From the sequence record NC_104726.1: a stretch of 64,000 nucleotides of DNA; one strand, written 5' to 3'. The notes under the pieces were generated by a model. It ran no database searches, had not been told where the DNA came from, and worked only from the letters and a program-made list of their open reading frames with translations. Source of the DNA: a phage. Each line of letters starts with the position of its first letter. The first letter of the stretch is position 1. Positions 47,454 through 57,900 of the stretch are shown one piece after another. Position numbers and translations under genes: made by a program.

Positions 47454-48187
47454 TTATCCTCTCCTGCGCTTAGCTTTCGCAGCAGCTGCGGCAGCCTTCT
47501 GCTCCCGCTCCATTTCCCTGTTTTGGACGGTATCTAGGAATTCTTCGATATCAAGATACTCACAGAGCTTCAAGAAATACGCCATATCTGCAAGATTTAG
47601 CGATTCAAAATTTTCCCCTTTGAAATTCTTGAGCACCCTGCACCAAAGAAAGTCGAACCAGTTAAGTGAACTGTTCTTAGCTGCCCACTCACTGGCCCTC
47701 ACAACAACCTTGCTTATTCCTGCTCTTCCGGAGTCTGATCCAGGTTGTTCACCTGCTGAATCATACCCATCTGCTGTAACATCTCCAGAAGGCTTCCTAA
47801 ACCGTCTTGTGTGAAAAAACAGCCGTAGTTAACCTCCAGAACCTTACCTGCCAGCTTAATCATCTCCAGCAGATGCCCTGCAAACACAACATCCGGGTTA
47901 AGCTTATCCACACCATCTACGGTAATATCTTCGAACAAGATTTTAAATAGCTCTTCAATAGAGTTATCATCAAGTTCTTGGAACAGGTAAGCCAGAGCAG
48001 TAGGAAGGACCTCTGCCATGTTCTGACCGCCTGAGATAATAGATCCACCGATAGCACCTAGCGGGACAGCCACAATCTTACCGATTTTAGGCATGTTTTT
48101 CATTGCTTTCATCGGTCCCCAGTGGGTGATCACAAAGTTGTGCCCTGCTAAATCAATCTCTGTTGTAGGTCTAAAGTTTATAGCCAT
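47454..48187 (-). CDS. tail assembly chaperone frameshift fusion product (GT-like), via -1 frameshift near 47813-47819
   Basis: -1 frame is open from the heptamer T-TTT-TTC to the stop at 47454-47456. Confidence 0.45.
47714..48187 (-). CDS. tail assembly chaperone (G-like)
   Basis: Immediately upstream of the tape measure gene; contains the slippery site; overlapping -1 frame ORF downstream. Confidence 0.6.
   Translation of the reverse strand: MAINFRPTTEIDLAGHNFVITHWGPMKAMKNMPKIGKIVAVPLGAIGGSIISGGQNMAEVLPTALAYLFQELDDNSIEELFKILFEDITVDGVDKLNPDVVFAGHLLEMIKLAGKVLEVNYGCFFTQDGLGSLLEMLQQMGMIQQVNNLDQTPEEQE
47813..47819 (-). other. putative -1 programmed ribosomal frameshift slippery heptamer (U UUU UUC)
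   Basis: In-frame as tgT TTT TTC within the chaperone ORF; classic X XXY YYZ pattern. Confidence 0.45.
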
Positions 48188-48230
48188 TTTATAGCATCCT
48201 TATTAGTCATGTTGTGCACCATATTTGTGT

Positions 48231-48259
48231 ATTTTACCATGATTATGGTGCATTGTCAA
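48231..48259 (-). promoter_or_regulatory. near-consensus sigma70-like promoter (TTGACA-N17-TAAAAT) upstream of chaperone/tape measure genes
   Basis: Minus-strand -35 at 48254-48259, -10 at 48231-48236; flanked by inverted repeat TGCACCATA (48215-48223) / TATGGTGCA (48245-48253). Confidence 0.45.
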
Positions 48260-48311
48260 TTTAACCTTTCAAGCAATTCAAGAACGTGTGTCAAAACCAT
48301 AAAAGCAAAAA

Positions 48312-48331
48312 GCCCCACCCGAAGGTGAGGC
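48312..48331 (-). terminator. hairpin GCCTCACC-TTCG-GGTGGGGC with T-run, downstream of tube gene
   Basis: Minus strand reads the hairpin followed by TTTTTGCTTTTAT. Confidence 0.5.
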
Positions 48332-48349
48332 TTATGCTAAAGTGTGCCC

Positions 48350-48823
48350 TTAGATAATACCTGCAAGACCTGCGAGGCCAGTAAGAGCACCAGTGATGTT
48401 ATCACGGTTGAGCCATGCATCCAGAATACCGATATCCCAGTCCAGTTGACCTACTTCGGTTCCGTAAGTCAGGTCAGGCTGTTTCTGGATCCAACCGATT
48501 GTAGAAATACCAGGGCCCTGGCTACCTTCCAGCAGAACCGGGAAGAATACCAGGCCAGTAATCGATGCCTGTTTCTGCCAGTCAGAAAGGTAAGCGTTCC
48601 ATACAGAAGTGTTCTGCAAAGATACAGTCATAACACCAGATTGGTTACGAGACAGGGCCGCAGACATTTCTCCATCCACACCAAAGTGAGGGTAGATGTT
48701 GTCTTCGTTTCTTGAAACAACGATCTTGGTGTCAGCAGCGAAGCCAGTGACACGCTGCTGCATCAGGTACAGTTTGACCTTTTTAGGGTCATAAGCATAA
48801 GGAGTTAAAATTTGAGTTTCCAT
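48350..48823 (-). CDS. tail tube protein (157 aa)
   Basis: Small protein immediately downstream of the sheath-like gene and upstream of the chaperone/tape measure genes. Confidence 0.5.
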   Translation of the reverse strand: METQILTPYAYDPKKVKLYLMQQRVTGFAADTKIVVSRNEDNIYPHFGVDGEMSAALSRNQSGVMTVSLQNTSVWNAYLSDWQKQASITGLVFFPVLLEGSQGPGISTIGWIQKQPDLTYGTEVGQLDWDIGILDAWLNRDNITGALTGLAGLAGII

Positions 48824-48833
48824 CTAGTCTTCC

Positions 48834-50210
48834 TTATTCAGTCATTGCAACAGCATTGGTGGATTTAGAACCAACTTTGTCAAGAAGGACGTTGATCCGG
48901 ATACGAACGAAGTGCAGGGCGTTGTTATACACCAGTTCTACTTTCACACCTTCCAGAACACGAGCAGCTAACTGATTGGTTGGGATTTCTGCACGTTTAG
49001 GAACTGTGATGATCGGGTCGTAGAATACATTATTGTCTTCGTCGAAACCTGTCAGGATCGCACCATTCTTAATGCCAGTGTTGATCGGGTTGTTCATCAG
49101 AACAGACTTGATAACCGGAAGATCATCATCAGACATCTTCATGCTTAAACCCATGTTAGAGCGGCGATGCATGTACCCAAACATAGATTCTTCAGATCTG
49201 AACTTGATCCAGTGTGCAAAACGAATAGCGTCTGCATACTGACCTGAAGCACACTTACCTTCCCAGAAAGCGCCAACACCGTTAATCATTCTGTAGAAGT
49301 TAACGTGGTTTTCCCAAATAGCCATACGCTGAGTTAAAGTCAGAGATGGTGCAATCACACCAGGCATCTGTTTTAAATGCAAGCTGTCGCCATAGGACGG
49401 ATCGTTAGATGCCATAGCGCCTATGATACCACCCTCTGGAAAATCTTTATCAGCACGAGGGTCGTACATGCCAACACTGTCATATTGTGCAGCCATCAGT
49501 TTGGTGGCGATGTTATTATCTTTACCAGTCACATCTTCTGCAGTAGAGTAGACATGCAGTTTGTAGTTAGCCTGAGCCCACTTAGCACATGCTTCAATAT
49601 CTGTGTGGTCTTCATGGCACAGGAAGTACCAATTATCCCGCTCAGCATTGATCTTGTCGATCACGGTAGAAGGTTTTTCAGCATTGGCGATATTTTTGAT
49701 TGTATAGTTACCAGTGTGATAACCAACAGTACAGTCACCAGTGATGGTGATAACACCATCGGCAGCCTCTACAGTGATATCGTCCAAGTTATCATCTGCT
49801 TCGATCTTAGTCTTCATTGACTCTGCAATCTGAGTTGCACCTGTTCCACCAGAGATAGGTACTATCAAAGAAGTATTGTAGCTACCTTTTGCAATAGTCA
49901 TTACGACATCGGTATCGGCTGCGGCAGCAATACCTTTAAAATCTACAGTGGTTTTTTCTTTAGCCTGTCTGCCGATCATAACATATTGTGGAGGGAATAC
50001 ACCACCAAAAGCTTTTGCTGCAAACTCATACGCTGCAGAGCCTTGTGCGAAACCATCTTCCACCATCTGATCCAGCTCAGCATATACGCGAGCTCTCTCA
50101 GTAAAGTTGTTGTGGATAGCGATGAACAGGGGAGTTTCGAAACCTACAGTGTCAATAGGCTGGGTTCCGAGGTTAACTGTAACATCTACCACTTTATCTA
50201 AATATGGCAT
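48834..50210 (-). CDS. tail sheath-like protein (458 aa)
   Basis: Size and position (sheath-tube-chaperone-tape measure order); assignment by context. Confidence 0.5.
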   Translation of the reverse strand: MPYLDKVVDVTVNLGTQPIDTVGFETPLFIAIHNNFTERARVYAELDQMVEDGFAQGSAAYEFAAKAFGGVFPPQYVMIGRQAKEKTTVDFKGIAAAADTDVVMTIAKGSYNTSLIVPISGGTGATQIAESMKTKIEADDNLDDITVEAADGVITITGDCTVGYHTGNYTIKNIANAEKPSTVIDKINAERDNWYFLCHEDHTDIEACAKWAQANYKLHVYSTAEDVTGKDNNIATKLMAAQYDSVGMYDPRADKDFPEGGIIGAMASNDPSYGDSLHLKQMPGVIAPSLTLTQRMAIWENHVNFYRMINGVGAFWEGKCASGQYADAIRFAHWIKFRSEESMFGYMHRRSNMGLSMKMSDDDLPVIKSVLMNNPINTGIKNGAILTGFDEDNNVFYDPIITVPKRAEIPTNQLAARVLEGVKVELVYNNALHFVRIRINVLLDKVGSKSTNAVAMTE

Positions 50211-50282
50211 TTGTTTCCTCTTAATATCTGTGCACGGATATCAAACACGCAGTGTAATCATTACACTACACAATTATAACGA

Positions 50283-50834
50283 TTACTGACCACTGTCTGT
50301 AACCGCTTTACCAGAATTGGGTGAAGGGAAGTGTGTGGTTATTTCAGCCTTAATTCCCTGAAGATCCTCAAAAGCCCCAATGTCTGTTTCAACAAACCTT
50401 ACGTTAAATGTCAGCATTACAGTGGCTCTATTTTCATACGTCTGCTTATTCAACGGCACTCTTTGAGGTGAGATTGTTGAATTGTTAGAGTAGGCAAAGC
50501 ACGATCCTAGAGGGAAATACTTGTCATAAAACATTGGAAGGTTTATTGCTTGCAATACTCTGCTAAGTGCAACATATGCCCTGCCACGATAAGCTGTTAA
50601 CAGATAAGTAACAGTGTAGCTGTGGGTGACGTAAGCATTACCCTCCGCATCTTGAAACTCATTATCTTCCCAAGTGGTGGGATTGATCGCCAAGGTTTGT
50701 AAAAGTACAAACTCACCTTCCGGCTTCGGTATGGTGGAGCTTTCTGCCAGAACTACAGTTCTTCCTGTGGCAACCTTGACGAGCTTAGCAATGGTTGTTT
50801 CAAGATCAGAAAAAACTTTTTCGAAAGCTTCCAT
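50283..50834 (-). CDS. tail completion / neck protein (183 aa)
   Basis: Position between head and sheath genes. Confidence 0.35.
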   Translation of the reverse strand: MEAFEKVFSDLETTIAKLVKVATGRTVVLAESSTIPKPEGEFVLLQTLAINPTTWEDNEFQDAEGNAYVTHSYTVTYLLTAYRGRAYVALSRVLQAINLPMFYDKYFPLGSCFAYSNNSTISPQRVPLNKQTYENRATVMLTFNVRFVETDIGAFEDLQGIKAEITTHFPSPNSGKAVTDSGQ

Positions 50835-51259
50835 CAGTTCTCTCCTTCAGGCTCTTCTACCACAAAAAATCTATATCTCCCACCACCAGAGGTAACATAT
50901 GCATCGCATTTTAAAACGGTAAACCATTTCAAGTCACCACGGATGTCAGGTAGCTGAATTTGGTCAGCCATTGCATATGTTCCTTCGTCCGGACTATACA
51001 ACTTGGTTGAGGAGTAAACTGTAAAAGCCTCGTACTGTCTGTCACCTTCAGGGTTTATTTGAGAGGAGTAATCTTTAGCTGCCCTTCCTGTCAACGGCTG
51101 CACAACACACTCTAAGACATCAAACTCTTCATACTCAAGCTCTAACCCCTCGTTGACAAAAGGACCACCAACTGTTTTGTTATACACTCTGTGGCGACCT
51201 TTGAATGTTTTACGAGGTATCAGTCTGTTCTTTCCTATCAGCTTATAACCTGCTGCCAC
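50834..51259 (-). CDS. neck / head-tail joining protein (141 aa)
   Basis: GTG start with AAGGGGGG upstream; context. Confidence 0.35.
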   Translation of the reverse strand: MAAGYKLIGKNRLIPRKTFKGRHRVYNKTVGGPFVNEGLELEYEEFDVLECVVQPLTGRAAKDYSSQINPEGDRQYEAFTVYSSTKLYSPDEGTYAMADQIQLPDIRGDLKWFTVLKCDAYVTSGGGRYRFFVVEEPEGEN

Positions 51260-51276
51260 TCAACCCCCCTTATTTT

Positions 51277-51735
51277 TTACTGTCCGATTTTAAAGGTTGC
51301 AGATTCAAGCAGCACATCGTAATGCCGCATAGCCTCGTTGAAGCCCTTTTCTTGTGCCCACTGCTCACTAACAGTAGGATTACTAAACTGACCAGCCTCA
51401 ATAACAAACTGGATAGCTTTGGCCCCTGTGTCCCCCATCTGCTTAAGAATAGCCTCTGCACTTGACCCTCTAGCCATAGCTCTCAACAATTTTTCTGTCA
51501 AGGTCTGTAGTTGAGTGCTGTGAAATGCAAAGGCTGTCTCCATGAAATTGCGAACAGGCAGCCCGTTCCAACCGAAGTTGTGAATAGCTGCCAATGTTGC
51601 CATATTTAAGCCTGACGGGTGAGGTTCGTCATAAAAGCCGTAGGTTATTGTTTTACTTTCAAGTCTCACAAGTTCTTTGTAGAAGCGATCTAAACGCTTT
51701 AGGTTGAACCTTGTTTGACATTTAACCTTTAGCAT
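51277..51735 (-). CDS. neck / head-tail connector protein (~152 aa)
   Basis: ATG 51733-51735 with GAGGGA upstream (track start 51747 is a GTG without a ribosome-binding site). Confidence 0.35.
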   Translation of the reverse strand: MLKVKCQTRFNLKRLDRFYKELVRLESKTITYGFYDEPHPSGLNMATLAAIHNFGWNGLPVRNFMETAFAFHSTQLQTLTEKLLRAMARGSSAEAILKQMGDTGAKAIQFVIEAGQFSNPTVSEQWAQEKGFNEAMRHYDVLLESATFKIGQ

Positions 51736-51788
51736 TATATCCCTCACTAATGTATTTTACCACAAAGATACATCAAAAGCAACAATTT

Positions 51789-52409
51789 TTAAAAACTGCG
51801 TTTGCGCCTTGGGTGGCGAGGAGGTTGGTTATTTAGACCACTGATAGGTGTAATACCCTGGACATCGAACGGTCCGTTGCTGTTTTCATTAAATTTAACC
51901 CGAATTCCTTCGTCTACACGAACACCACCAATGATAATCATTCTGCTGTAAGCATCTAGCTCAGAATCTACATAGTCGGGGTGTGCCAGCAGCCAATCAA
52001 GGAAATCTTTCCATTGAGCGTAGGAAGATCCACCACGAATCTCTATAGTCTCATCACCTATTTTTTCCAGACGGGAAGTTATACTTGCATTACCGCTGGA
52101 CACTTCCTGCATCATCAGCCACCGCACAAGTTGCACAAGCACATTGTACTTAAGCAGAGGTAGCTTATCAGGATCTGCCGGATAATTTAGTTTCAACTTC
52201 TCCATGTCAAGGAATGTTTTAATTACCTCATCAGGGAGAGTTTCCTCATCAACATTGCCGAGCAACAACCTCATAATATTAATAAGAGATTGGTCTGGAT
52301 CAGGTTCCGGAAGTACAGGATCTTCTTTTGGTGGTTCTTCTGGGGTATCGACTACACCATCATGGTTAGGCGGTGACGGGATAATCTCTTCATCTTCATA
52401 CCATGCCAT
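51789..52409 (-). CDS. head completion / adaptor protein (~206 aa)
   Basis: ATG 52407-52409; track start at 52466 is a TTG; acidic Pro-rich N-terminus. Confidence 0.35.
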   Translation of the reverse strand: MAWYEDEEIIPSPPNHDGVVDTPEEPPKEDPVLPEPDPDQSLINIMRLLLGNVDEETLPDEVIKTFLDMEKLKLNYPADPDKLPLLKYNVLVQLVRWLMMQEVSSGNASITSRLEKIGDETIEIRGGSSYAQWKDFLDWLLAHPDYVDSELDAYSRMIIIGGVRVDEGIRVKFNENSNGPFDVQGITPISGLNNQPPRHPRRKRSF

Positions 52410-52468
52410 TTGAAAATACCTCGTAAAAATAAAGCCCCATTCCTGATTTGGAAGGGGCCTTAACAAAA

Positions 52469-53296
52469 TTATGCCAGTGCAGCCTCAAAATCTTTCATCA
52501 TATTTTGGAAAGTTTTTGCCTTACTTAAGGTAACACCGTACTCTTTAGCGAAGGTTTGGAGTGCATCTTTTGAACCACTTTTGTCATCTTCGTTGTTAAG
52601 AGCTGCGGCCTGTTTAAGGATTTCATCCTTATTCTCAATGGCTAAAAATGAGGAAGAGGATACAGTCACATCTTGCGGATCTGCTACAGTAACTTCACCG
52701 TCACCACCAGGTTCAGTAGGACCTACAGGCGGCTCCGGCTCTGGTTCAGGCGGTGGAGCTATCGTAGAAACCAGTCCAAGATTTACAACCTGAGAACGTT
52801 TCTTAGGCCACTCAATGGTGAAAGTTTGGGTATCTTCTTCATAAACAATGTTGCATTGCTCATCGTTTATGGTCACTTTTTTAGGCATCCCTACAGGGTC
52901 CCATAGATGCCCCTCTGCCACGGAAACTTGGAAAGCAGCATCTACCTCTTTAAACACTGACGGGGTGAGGGTGATATTGACATCCCCGCTTTGCAGTGTT
53001 AAAGTGCTTTCATCAAGGTTCTCTGTGAAGAACAGAAGAATAACACCCATACGGATAGTTGAAATACCAGTATCAATTGGCAGGCCTGTATGTTTTGCAA
53101 TCTTCTCAAAGAAGTCTACAATCGTTCTACATGGATAGTGAACACTGCCAATAACGAATTCTGTTGGTGGCAGCAGGGCTGATAAACCAACATTGATTTC
53201 TGGGTTATATTGTGCTAAAAATTGATAAAAACTTAACTGATTGTTGAAAACTCTTAATAGCGGATCATACTCAACTGGATATACGGCTCTCTTCAC
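52469..53296 (-). CDS. virion structural protein (275 aa)
   Basis: GTG start with AGGAG upstream; first gene after the capsid terminator; Pro-rich linker PPPEPEPEPP. Confidence 0.4.
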   Translation of the reverse strand: MKRAVYPVEYDPLLRVFNNQLSFYQFLAQYNPEINVGLSALLPPTEFVIGSVHYPCRTIVDFFEKIAKHTGLPIDTGISTIRMGVILLFFTENLDESTLTLQSGDVNITLTPSVFKEVDAAFQVSVAEGHLWDPVGMPKKVTINDEQCNIVYEEDTQTFTIEWPKKRSQVVNLGLVSTIAPPPEPEPEPPVGPTEPGGDGEVTVADPQDVTVSSSSFLAIENKDEILKQAAALNNEDDKSGSKDALQTFAKEYGVTLSKAKTFQNMMKDFEAALA

Positions 53297-53329
53297 GGGA
53301 CACTCCTGTTAAACCCTAATAAATAAAAA

Positions 53330-53353
53330 GGGGAGGGGGAGAACCCCCTCCCC
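53330..53353 (-). terminator. strong intrinsic terminator after the major capsid gene
   Basis: GGGGAGGGGG-AGAA-CCCCCTCCCC hairpin; minus strand continues TTTTTATTTATT. Confidence 0.6.
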
Positions 53354-53377
53354 ATATGGGATGAATCACATCAGTGA

Positions 53378-54388
53378 TTAGTCACCAGCTTTCAGAGTTA
53401 CTTTAACAACCAGCTCTGGGCGGGTGTTAACTGCCAGCATAGAAGTTTCAGATTCAATCTTCTCTTCACGCAGGTATGCAGAGTGTTTATACCACATATA
53501 CAGTTCCTGTGCTGGAGTGTTTGCTTCGTTAACATCGTCTGCCGGAGCAAAGTGCAGTTGGAACATCTGATCAATACCCATCGGCAGAATGCGAGCTTCT
53601 TTCTTAGGAATATTGCCAGAGATATCTTCGATAAAGGTGATACCTTTATGTTCGAACACACGATAAACGCTGTCCTGACCGCCAGCACCCAGACGACGAC
53701 GCAGAGGTTCCTGAGCAGAACCGTAGTAGGTGTATGCCAGTTCTACCAGCGGGTGATGGGTAATAGCACTGAAGAACTCTGGTGAGCACAGGGCTACAAT
53801 ACGATAGCCAGCTGCATTATCGCCAGCTTGCAGCGCGATGTGCAGACGAGCTTCTTCCAGAACCTCCATAGGATCCTGATCTGCTTTTGCAGGGTCGATC
53901 TCAACAGATTTCTGAGACACACCCCATAGAGTGTAGTAATCATACTGGCAGGTAGCGTCACCAGGTGCATAGGATTTACCCAGAATAGCCTGGAACAGAG
54001 CTTTCTCACGCAGTGCTTCATGAGAAACACGGATACGACGAACAACGCGGGTTACTACGTCCTGAACAGTTTTCGGAGCATCAGGAGTGAAGTAACGACG
54101 GAAGTTCTGAACATCTGCGGCAGTGATGCCTTTGTCCAGAGGGAAGAACGGGATGTTCAGGTTTTTAACCTGAGCACGTTCACTACCAACGTAGTTACGC
54201 TCACCACCACGACGGCGTGCCGGAATGTCGGTTACAACTTCATCAACACGCTCGATCTGAGCAATTGTTGAGGTGCCGAGACGAGTTTCGAACAGATCCA
54301 TACCGGTAATCAGGCGAAATTGACGCGGAACAAGGTCCAGGGTAGCACCTAAATCGACAATGCCAAATTCATCTTTACGAGTAATCAT
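53378..54388 (-). CDS. major capsid protein (336 aa)
   Basis: Position after portal/protease/scaffold/decoration genes, followed by a strong terminator. Confidence 0.6.
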   Translation of the reverse strand: MITRKDEFGIVDLGATLDLVPRQFRLITGMDLFETRLGTSTIAQIERVDEVVTDIPARRRGGERNYVGSERAQVKNLNIPFFPLDKGITAADVQNFRRYFTPDAPKTVQDVVTRVVRRIRVSHEALREKALFQAILGKSYAPGDATCQYDYYTLWGVSQKSVEIDPAKADQDPMEVLEEARLHIALQAGDNAAGYRIVALCSPEFFSAITHHPLVELAYTYYGSAQEPLRRRLGAGGQDSVYRVFEHKGITFIEDISGNIPKKEARILPMGIDQMFQLHFAPADDVNEANTPAQELYMWYKHSAYLREEKIESETSMLAVNTRPELVVKVTLKAGD

Positions 54389-54439
54389 TTATTTCTCCAA
54401 AGTAAAACTTAAATATTTTCCCGAACAATTTAGGGCTTA

Positions 54440-54826
54440 TTATTCAACAAGAGTCTGGACGTGAACTTTGTTACCTAAAGCTTCCAACTTATCCAGAATT
54501 CTTTGGTCTGCTTTAGCTCCATCTGCACCTAACAGCATGTCTTTTGCAAAGGTAACACCATGGACGGCAACAACCAGGTTATAGGATTGACCTACTTCTA
54601 AAGGTTTTGCAAGATGAACCGTACCAGCATCTTTGACAAGAGCACGGTCAACAAGAACGCCGTACACATCAGAACCGTCTGCGTTAGCGATGGTACCTGT
54701 TTTTGTTACAACAGTGCCAGCGTGGTGATGCTCTGTCAGTGTTACCTTAATCTCTTTAAAATTGTAGCCAGCATCGCTAGAATCAACTTTGCCGAGCACG
54801 ATATCAGAATATTGAGCGGTAATCAT
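54440..54826 (-). CDS. head decoration protein (128 aa)
   Basis: Small Gly/Val/Ala-rich protein directly upstream of the capsid gene. Confidence 0.4.
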   Translation of the reverse strand: MITAQYSDIVLGKVDSSDAGYNFKEIKVTLTEHHHAGTVVTKTGTIANADGSDVYGVLVDRALVKDAGTVHLAKPLEVGQSYNLVVAVHGVTFAKDMLLGADGAKADQRILDKLEALGNKVHVQTLVE

Positions 54827-54846
54827 TTATTTCCCCCGTTAATGTC

Positions 54847-55824
54847 TTATTTGTTAGATTCTGCACGTGCACGAGCAAGTGCTTTTGCAACGTTTTCAGC
54901 AAGAATTTCTTCTGCGGATTTTGCAATATCATCCACAACAGGTTCGCCATCATTACCATGTTCAGTGGTGGCAAACTCTTCTTTAGTTTTATGCACCTCT
55001 GCTTCCAGCTCTTCAATTTTTGCTTGAGCTTTCTCCAGCATAGCTACGATAGGTTCGTTAGCTTTTTCCAGCATGAAGTCAACTAGGGTTGCGTGATCTT
55101 CTTCACCAACAAAGCTTAAAGCTTGAGCCTTAGTCAGCATTTTAGCTTTTTCAACTTCAACCTGGGCCTTGATGATTTCTTCAGCTTTACTCTGGGTTGC
55201 TTTCAGCTCTTCTACTTGCTTCAGCAGATCCAGATACTCTTTAGTTTTGGTTACGTCCACCGGATTCTCCTCGGTATTTGCGGATTTTGCAACATCATCC
55301 ACCTCGGTAGTTTTATCCACCTCAGCAGGTTCCTGTACCGCCTTGATCAGGTTCCCTTCTTTATCGAAGAGATCAGCGGTTACTTGTTCAAAAATCTGTT
55401 GTGTTTTTAACAGGCTGTACTGATCTACCACACTAAGCTGCTTGCCTTCTTTTGCAGCCTTATGAATGGTCACGTTATCACAACGCTCTTCCAGCCATGC
55501 AATACAAGACTCTGCGTCAGCTTGCGCCCATTCCCAATCAGGATGCTCTTTAGCCCAAGCCTCCTCTTCAATCTCAAAACCAAGCATGTGTGCAAGTGCT
55601 TTAGCATCATCATACCACATATCGAAGAAACGACGCAGGTATTCTTCAAAACTAAGCTCCACAGTAACTTGGCGAAGTGCCTTAACAATATCGTCTGTTA
55701 ACTGCTCAGGCTTAAGATCACTCTTCATCAAAAGAGATACAGGTCTATTGTTAGCGCTATAGCCTTGCGCCTTGTGGCACAGGGCAATCCCCTTCTCTTT
55801 AATAGTAATCGTTTTTTCAGACAT
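54847..55824 (-). CDS. capsid scaffolding protein (325 aa)
   Basis: Highly charged, coiled-coil-rich protein between the protease and decoration/capsid genes. Confidence 0.45.
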   Translation of the reverse strand: MSEKTITIKEKGIALCHKAQGYSANNRPVSLLMKSDLKPEQLTDDIVKALRQVTVELSFEEYLRRFFDMWYDDAKALAHMLGFEIEEEAWAKEHPDWEWAQADAESCIAWLEERCDNVTIHKAAKEGKQLSVVDQYSLLKTQQIFEQVTADLFDKEGNLIKAVQEPAEVDKTTEVDDVAKSANTEENPVDVTKTKEYLDLLKQVEELKATQSKAEEIIKAQVEVEKAKMLTKAQALSFVGEEDHATLVDFMLEKANEPIVAMLEKAQAKIEELEAEVHKTKEEFATTEHGNDGEPVVDDIAKSAEEILAENVAKALARARAESNK

Positions 55825-56243
55825 TATTCATTGCCCTCTTCTACAACACTGATCCCGAAGTTTACGTTGGTAATTTCACCAGTTTCTTCATCAACATTAC
55901 CTGTTGCCTGAATGCTTAGGCCACCAACAATGCCAGCCTTCTTAGCTTCCCATAGTTCAGGATTATTGTATTTAACTTTAGCAACCCAAGAGCCAGCCTT
56001 GATGACCTGCTCAGTGCCAATTACTACAACATCAAACTCTTCTTGAATCCACGTTTTTTCAATGGTGAAAGCATCTGTAGAGGTCAAGTGGAAAAGGTTC
56101 TCAGAAACTAGGCCTGCGGCGTATGCTGCGTCCCAGTTATCTTTAGCCTTTTTGATGGTGTCTTTACTCATCCACTCACCGTGAGCATCTTTAGTGTCAG
56201 GCTCGTAGATGATTTCGTAGGAAATCATTTCTTCCTGTGGCAT
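55824..56243 (-). CDS. putative prohead protease (XkdF-like), ~139 aa
   Basis: Motifs DAHGEWMSKD and GIVGGLSIQATG; track start at 56399 overlaps the portal gene; ATG 56241-56243 has GGGGAA upstream. Confidence 0.4.
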   Translation of the reverse strand: MPQEEMISYEIIYEPDTKDAHGEWMSKDTIKKAKDNWDAAYAAGLVSENLFHLTSTDAFTIEKTWIQEEFDVVVIGTEQVIKAGSWVAKVKYNNPELWEAKKAGIVGGLSIQATGNVDEETGEITNVNFGISVVEEGNE

Positions 56244-56310
56244 ATTATTCCCCATGTGGATTATTTTATCACGCCAAAGGAGGTTTTGCAACCCCCTGTG
56301 TTGATAATTT

Positions 56311-57867
56311 TTAATTTTCCATGTTGGATATGGAATTATCTCTGGTTGATGACATCTTAGAAGTGCCGTTACCAGTGGATCCTGCAGCCATTCCATCACC
56401 AGCCCTGCTGATGTCCTGGCCCAAGAGCTTCATCAGCTCTTCCTGATCCATGTCCTCGTCAAATCTTTCATCAAACCCGCCTACTTCAAGAATCTTATTA
56501 ATTACTGCAGGAGTTTTTGGCAAGTAACCTACAGCACCGATCCTCTGGACAAACTTGGAGAAGCTCTCCATATCCACTTCTTCAATCAGACCAGGTTTCA
56601 GTTTAGGCATATCATCATCTTCAAGGATGATACCATTCAATGCCAGAAGCTGTGGAATAAGATCTTTATTGAAGGCCTCAGTGATAATATCTATATCACG
56701 CTGAACAAAATGACCATGGATAGACTGTTTTGACTCAGACAGAGAGAAAGATCCAACGTTATCGTTACCGAGGTTAATAAAGCCAGCACCGAAACGGTCA
56801 AGAATCGCCTTCTTACGGGCATCGATCAAATCTTTAGTGGAATATTGCTTACCCATACCGTCAACCCCCTTCAGGGTCATGGAGTAAAGCTCTTTACCAG
56901 ACTTATCTCTATCAGACGGAAGTATAAAGAAACTTTGCTCACCACTATGGGCGTTTGCTGCGTCAAGCATAAGGTCTGCAACCATTCTCCCTTCCATTGA
57001 ATTCGGGTCAATGCTGGCCTTGTTCAAAATATTGGAAGGAATTTTCAGCTCAAGCACACCACCAAGGTCTTTGGAACAGCCAACAACCTCAAGGTTTTCA
57101 ATCAGAACTTTCTCACGGAAAGATCTGTAGCAACCTATCATCGGTGACACACCTGCAGGGTTAGATTCTGTTCCTGACAGGGTCATGAGCATAAGCTTTT
57201 TAGCAGGGATGAAAATTTCAGGCTCATTAAAGCCTTTTGAAGGCATTGCAGCAAGAGGTCCAGCCCAGCGTGCATTCTGAGTGTTTAGAAATGCATTAGG
57301 TGACTGATAAATACCTGTCAGTGTTCTACTATTCTTGTCAAAGACAAACGGCTCTGATCTGGACAAACTGGCCTGAGGTCGGAATGCAATTTTATCAATA
57401 AGAAGCATCCCGGCATATTTACCTTCTTTCTCTCTGCGGTATACTTTCTCAAACAGTGAAAAACCATACTCGTTAAAGGTAGCTGCGCTTCTTGCAATAT
57501 CTCGAAGAGTTTGTTGGTTTGCCAAATTACGCAAAGAATACTCTATAAGCTCGGCAGCTTTCTTAGAGTCTTCACTTTTAACATTATAAAGGATCTTAAA
57601 ATCATTAAATGCTTTCGTGATGAAAACATATTTTGTATCTAAGGCAGTAGCAACTGTGGAATCACATTTCATAGTCTCCACTGTAGCAATCAGCTGAGGC
57701 CAACGCAATTCCTCAACCATCATAGATTGCGATTCTGCCATAATTTGGGAAAGTGCGCCAGAACCGATCTCACTCATACGAACATTATGAGTTGGTGCGC
57801 CTGCGTTCCCAGATTTATTCACAGTTTTGGCTGTGGCGTTGTGTTTCCTGCGGTTCTTTTTGGACAC
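56311..57867 (-). CDS. portal protein (518 aa)
   Basis: Size and position directly downstream of the terminase large subunit; GTG start with GAGGGG upstream. Confidence 0.6.
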   Translation of the reverse strand: MSKKNRRKHNATAKTVNKSGNAGAPTHNVRMSEIGSGALSQIMAESQSMMVEELRWPQLIATVETMKCDSTVATALDTKYVFITKAFNDFKILYNVKSEDSKKAAELIEYSLRNLANQQTLRDIARSAATFNEYGFSLFEKVYRREKEGKYAGMLLIDKIAFRPQASLSRSEPFVFDKNSRTLTGIYQSPNAFLNTQNARWAGPLAAMPSKGFNEPEIFIPAKKLMLMTLSGTESNPAGVSPMIGCYRSFREKVLIENLEVVGCSKDLGGVLELKIPSNILNKASIDPNSMEGRMVADLMLDAANAHSGEQSFFILPSDRDKSGKELYSMTLKGVDGMGKQYSTKDLIDARKKAILDRFGAGFINLGNDNVGSFSLSESKQSIHGHFVQRDIDIITEAFNKDLIPQLLALNGIILEDDDMPKLKPGLIEEVDMESFSKFVQRIGAVGYLPKTPAVINKILEVGGFDERFDEDMDQEELMKLLGQDISRAGDGMAAGSTGNGTSKMSSTRDNSISNMEN

Positions 57868-57900
57868 AAGCTTTACCCCTCAAAACAGTATAACAAAATA

